Shown in pieces: positions 30,680-35,337 of a stretch of 35,337 nucleotides of DNA. The number at the start of each line of letters is the position of its first letter. Positions within the stretch are counted from its first letter, which is position 1. The stretch lies in the NCBI GenBank assembly GCA_027038235.1, contig JALVXV010000194.1, forward strand, positions 1-35,337, given 5' to 3'. Both the position numbers and the translations under genes were made by a program. The notes beneath the pieces are model-generated. The model ran no database searches. It was not told the origin of the DNA and worked only from the letters and a program-made list of their open reading frames with translations. Origin of the DNA: Campylobacterales bacterium. GTDB taxonomy: Bacteria > Campylobacterota > Campylobacteria > Campylobacterales > JALSKU01.

Positions 30680-32030
30680 TAACACTAAAAGAGGCTCTAG
30701 CTTTGGATAAAGAGGATATAAAAGAGCTTAGAAAAGATTTGCTAAAGAAAATAGAAGAAAAAAAAGAGCTAGGAGCTTATGTAGAGCAGTTAACTAGTAG
30801 TGAATTATCTATAAGCGGGGAGGGAATACCAATAGCTATAAAAGATAATATCCAAGTAAAAAACTGGAATGTAACTTGTGCATCAAACATACTTCAAGGA
30901 TATGTTGCTCCATATGATGCTGGAGTGATAGAAAAGCTAAAAGAGGCTGGGCTATCTCCATTTGGTAGGACAAATATGGATGAGTTTGCTATGGGAAGCT
31001 CTACTGAGACCTCATTTTATGGAAAGACCAAAAACCCCTACGATTTGGAGTGTGTCCCAGGAGGTAGTAGCGGAGGAAGTGCTGCAGCAGTTGGTGGTGG
31101 CATAGCTATAGCCGCTCTTGGGAGTGATACTGGAGGCAGTATAAGACAACCTGCAGCATTTTGTGGATGTGTAGGGATGAAACCTACATATTCAAGAGTA
31201 AGCAGGTATGGCCTAAGTGCTTTTTCAAGCTCCCTAGATCAAATAGGCACATTTACCCAAAATGTTGAGGATGCAGCTTTACTTTATGACATCATAAGCG
31301 GATATGACAAAAGAGACTCAACTAGTGCAAATATAGAGTATAAGCCTACTGCACCCAATCTCAATAGTGATAGAAAATTTACCATAGCAGTTATAAAAAA
31401 CTATCTTGAAGAGGCAGATGAAGAGGTAAGAAAAAAGCTTGAAGAGTCTATAATAGCACTAAAAGAGGCTGGTCATAAAATCATATATAAAAATAGACTA
31501 AATACAAAATATGATGTAGCAACATACTATATCATAGCAACAGCTGAGGCTAGTGCCAATCTAAGTAGATATGATGGTGTAAGATATGGCAATAGAGCAA
31601 AAGCGGATAACTTAAAAGAGTTGTATGCTAGAACTAGAGGTGAGGGCTTTGGAGATGAGGTAAAAAGAAGGATACTTCTTGGAACTTTTGTTTTAAGTAG
31701 TGGATATTATGATGCATACTATATAAAAGCCCAAAAAGCAAGACACCTTATAAAAGATGAATTTGAAGAGATTTTTAAAGAGGCTGATCTTATCTTTGCA
31801 CCTGTTACTCCAAAAACTGCTTTTAAATTTGGTAGCATAAAAGATCCACTTGAAATGTACCTTGAAGATATTTATACCATTGCTGTAAATTTAGCAGGAC
31901 TTCCGGGTATCTCTATACCTGTTGGATTTGATAAAAAAGGGTTACCAATAGGTGCCCAATTTATAGCAAAAGCTTTTGATGAACAGACTTTGTTTGATGG
32001 AGCATTGGCTTTAGAGAAGATATTGAATTA

Positions 32031-32031
<1 letters not shown>
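30676..32031 (+). CDS. gatA: Glutamyl-tRNA(Gln)/aspartyl-tRNA(Asn) amidotransferase subunit A
   Basis: 451 aa with the amidase signature GGSSGGSAAAV...GSDTGGSIRQPA. The N-terminus MITLKEAL is typical of GatA. The start is GTG, with an AAGGAG SD 8 nt upstream. Confidence 0.95.
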
Positions 32032-33679
<1,648 letters not shown>

Positions 33680-33764
33680 TGAAAGAAAATTTTATTTTAA
33701 GAAGTTTAGTGTTGTGGAGTTGGGCTATAAATTAGCTCTAGGCTCTAAGCTCTTGGCACTAAGC

Positions 33765-33781
33765 TTCTTCCGCAGGAAGAA
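33765..33781 (+). promoter_or_regulatory. Hairpin enclosing the metX Shine-Dalgarno sequence
   Basis: TTCTTCC-GCA-GGAAGAA forms a 7-bp stem. The 3' arm contains the only SD-like sequence (AGGAAG, 33774-33779) before the ATG at 33784. Confidence 0.5.
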
Positions 33782-33783
33782 TC

Positions 33784-34899
33784 ATGACTATAACTACTGC
33801 TAAAAAGCATTTTACTACTCCTTTATATCTTGAGAGTGGTAGGATTTTAGAGCCATACGATATATCGTATGAAACATACGGAGAACTAAATAGCGATAAG
33901 AGCAATGTCATAGTAGTTTGTCATGCACTTACTGGCTCTTGTCATGCTGCAGGATTTTATGAGGGAGATAGAAAGCCTGGTTGGTGGGATGATATGATAG
34001 GGGATGGAAAGTGCATAGATACAAGAAAGTATTTTGTAATATGTACAAATGTTATTGGAAGTTGCTTTGGCTCAACCGGTCCTATGTCGCCTAAATATCC
34101 CTCAAGCGAACCATATAGACTAAGATTTCCTGTAATTACAATAAGCGATATGGTAAAAGCTCAAATAAGTCTTTTTAACTCTCTTGGTATCTATGAGGCT
34201 CATGCAGTTATAGGCGGTTCAATGGGTGGAATGCAAGCACTTTGTTATGCAATAGAGTATCCCAATTTTTCTAAAAGAAATATCATCATTGCTGCAACAC
34301 ATGCAACACAACCTTGGGCTATAGCATTTAATAAAGTTGCAAGAGAGGCTATCATAAAAGATCCTAAATTTAAAGGTGGCATGTATGATGTAGATGAAAT
34401 AAAAGAAAATGGACTTGATGGCTTAGCAATAGGTAGAATGAGTGGGCATATAAGCTACCTAAGTGAAAACTCTATGCAGAAAAAATTTGGAAGAAATTAT
34501 GTTGAGACTGAAGGACTATATGAACTATTTGGTAGATTCCAAGTGGAGAGATACTTAGACTATAATGGATATAACTTTTCAAAGTATTTTGATCCCCTAA
34601 GTTATCTATATATCACAAAAGCTATCAATATCTTTGATGCTAGTAGGAATTATGACTCATTGGAAGACTCACTATCTCACATAAAAGGTAAACTAACTCT
34701 AATCTCTATAAAGAGTGATCAACTATTTTTTAAAGAGGAGATGGAGCAAATTCAAAAGAGTATGGAACAAATAGGCAAAGCCCACCTAGTAGATTATCAC
34801 TGTGTCGATAGCGACTATGGGCATGATGCATTTTTAGTAGAGGTGGATAAGTTCACACCATATATAAGTAAGGCTTTAAGTAGCAACTCTAATCCTTAA
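33784..34899 (+). CDS. metX: Homoserine O-acetyltransferase
   Basis: 371 aa alpha/beta hydrolase with the nucleophile elbow GGSMGGMQAL. The N-terminus (LESGRILEPYDISYETYGELN) and the C-terminal HDAFL are typical of MetX. Confidence 0.92.
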   Translation: MTITTAKKHFTTPLYLESGRILEPYDISYETYGELNSDKSNVIVVCHALTGSCHAAGFYEGDRKPGWWDDMIGDGKCIDTRKYFVICTNVIGSCFGSTGPMSPKYPSSEPYRLRFPVITISDMVKAQISLFNSLGIYEAHAVIGGSMGGMQALCYAIEYPNFSKRNIIIAATHATQPWAIAFNKVAREAIIKDPKFKGGMYDVDEIKENGLDGLAIGRMSGHISYLSENSMQKKFGRNYVETEGLYELFGRFQVERYLDYNGYNFSKYFDPLSYLYITKAINIFDASRNYDSLEDSLSHIKGKLTLISIKSDQLFFKEEMEQIQKSMEQIGKAHLVDYHCVDSDYGHDAFLVEVDKFTPYISKALSSNSNP

Positions 34900-35337
34900 T
34901 AAATATATCTTTCAACTTTATACCCTACACCCTTTATACTTTTTATGAAATCCTCTTTAAGTGTCTTTCTAAGTCTGCTTATCTCTGCTCTTATGGTTGG
35001 ATTATCAACTGGTTCTTCATCCCAAACAAAGCTACGAAGTCTATCAAAGGTTACAATACTATCTATATTTAAACTCAATACTTGAATGATTTTAAGCTGC
35101 TTTTTTGTCAATTTTTGCACCTCATCATTATATAGTAGTAACTCTTTCTCTTTAGAAAATGAGTAGTTTTTACTAAGTAAAATATGCTTCCTTTTTTTAT
35201 CCTCTATCAGAGTTGCAACTCTATTTATCCTAAGGGCTAACTCTTTTAGATGAAATGGCTTTTTTATATAATCAGCCGCTCCAAGCTCATAAGCTTTTGT
35301 GATCTCCTCTATCTCTACTAAAGCACTTATATAGATA
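34896..35337 (-). CDS. OmpR/PhoB-type response regulator, 3' portion (5' end outside the window)
   Basis: The reading frame is open from the right window edge: ...ELGAADYIKKPFHLKELALRINRV... is the end of a receiver domain, and ...LTKKQLKIIQVL...IRAEISRLRKTL...GVGYKV is a winged-helix domain. The track's 74-aa ORF is only the part after the first in-window GTG. Its stop overlaps the metX stop (TTAA, 34896-34899). Confidence 0.85.
   Translation of the reverse strand, partial: IYISALVEIEEITKAYELGAADYIKKPFHLKELALRINRVATLIEDKKRKHILLSKNYSFSKEKELLLYNDEVQKLTKKQLKIIQVLSLNIDSIVTFDRLRSFVWDEEPVDNPTIRAEISRLRKTLKEDFIKSIKGVGYKVERYIY

Overview
This AT-rich window is almost wall-to-wall housekeeping genes. 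Their order matches conserved Campylobacterota (Epsilonproteobacteria) blocks as I recall them from Helicobacter pylori and Campylobacter jejuni.

Gene order:
- 1-4875: obg' (partial), proB, then queA-tatC-tatB-hemW on the minus strand, then rppH.
- 4988-11820: lysC-hobA-holB-folP-fmt-birA-parA-parB.
- 11951-22288: an atpF'FHAGDC operon that runs without a real gap into tolQ-tolR-tolA-tolB-pal-cpoB.
- 22546-27650: groES-groEL, a four-tRNA operon (Lys-Glu-Val-Asp, minus strand), cinA, a LysE-family exporter and an HExxH membrane protein.
- 27808-35337: ileS, gatA, guaB, metX and the 3' part of an OmpR-type response regulator that runs off the right edge.

I see no mobile element, CRISPR array, defence locus or obviously novel multi-gene protein system. 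By gene content this is an ordinary core region.

What the gene models do not explain is non-coding. Three long imperfect hairpins have arms built from tandem 7-8 nt units. They sit in the leaders of lysC, guaB and metX. The metX leader also carries a perfect 36-bp direct repeat that copies the guaB stop codon, plus a hairpin covering the metX ribosome-binding site.

Other points:
- Two unannotated small hydrophobic ORFs of 35 and 31 codons.
- A terminator-like hairpin between atpD and atpC.
- An HspR-like (HAIR) plus HrcA (CIRCE) operator pair at groESL.
- Start-codon corrections for hemW, fmt, groEL and guaB.

All calls come from reading the translations and sequence by eye. No database searches were run.
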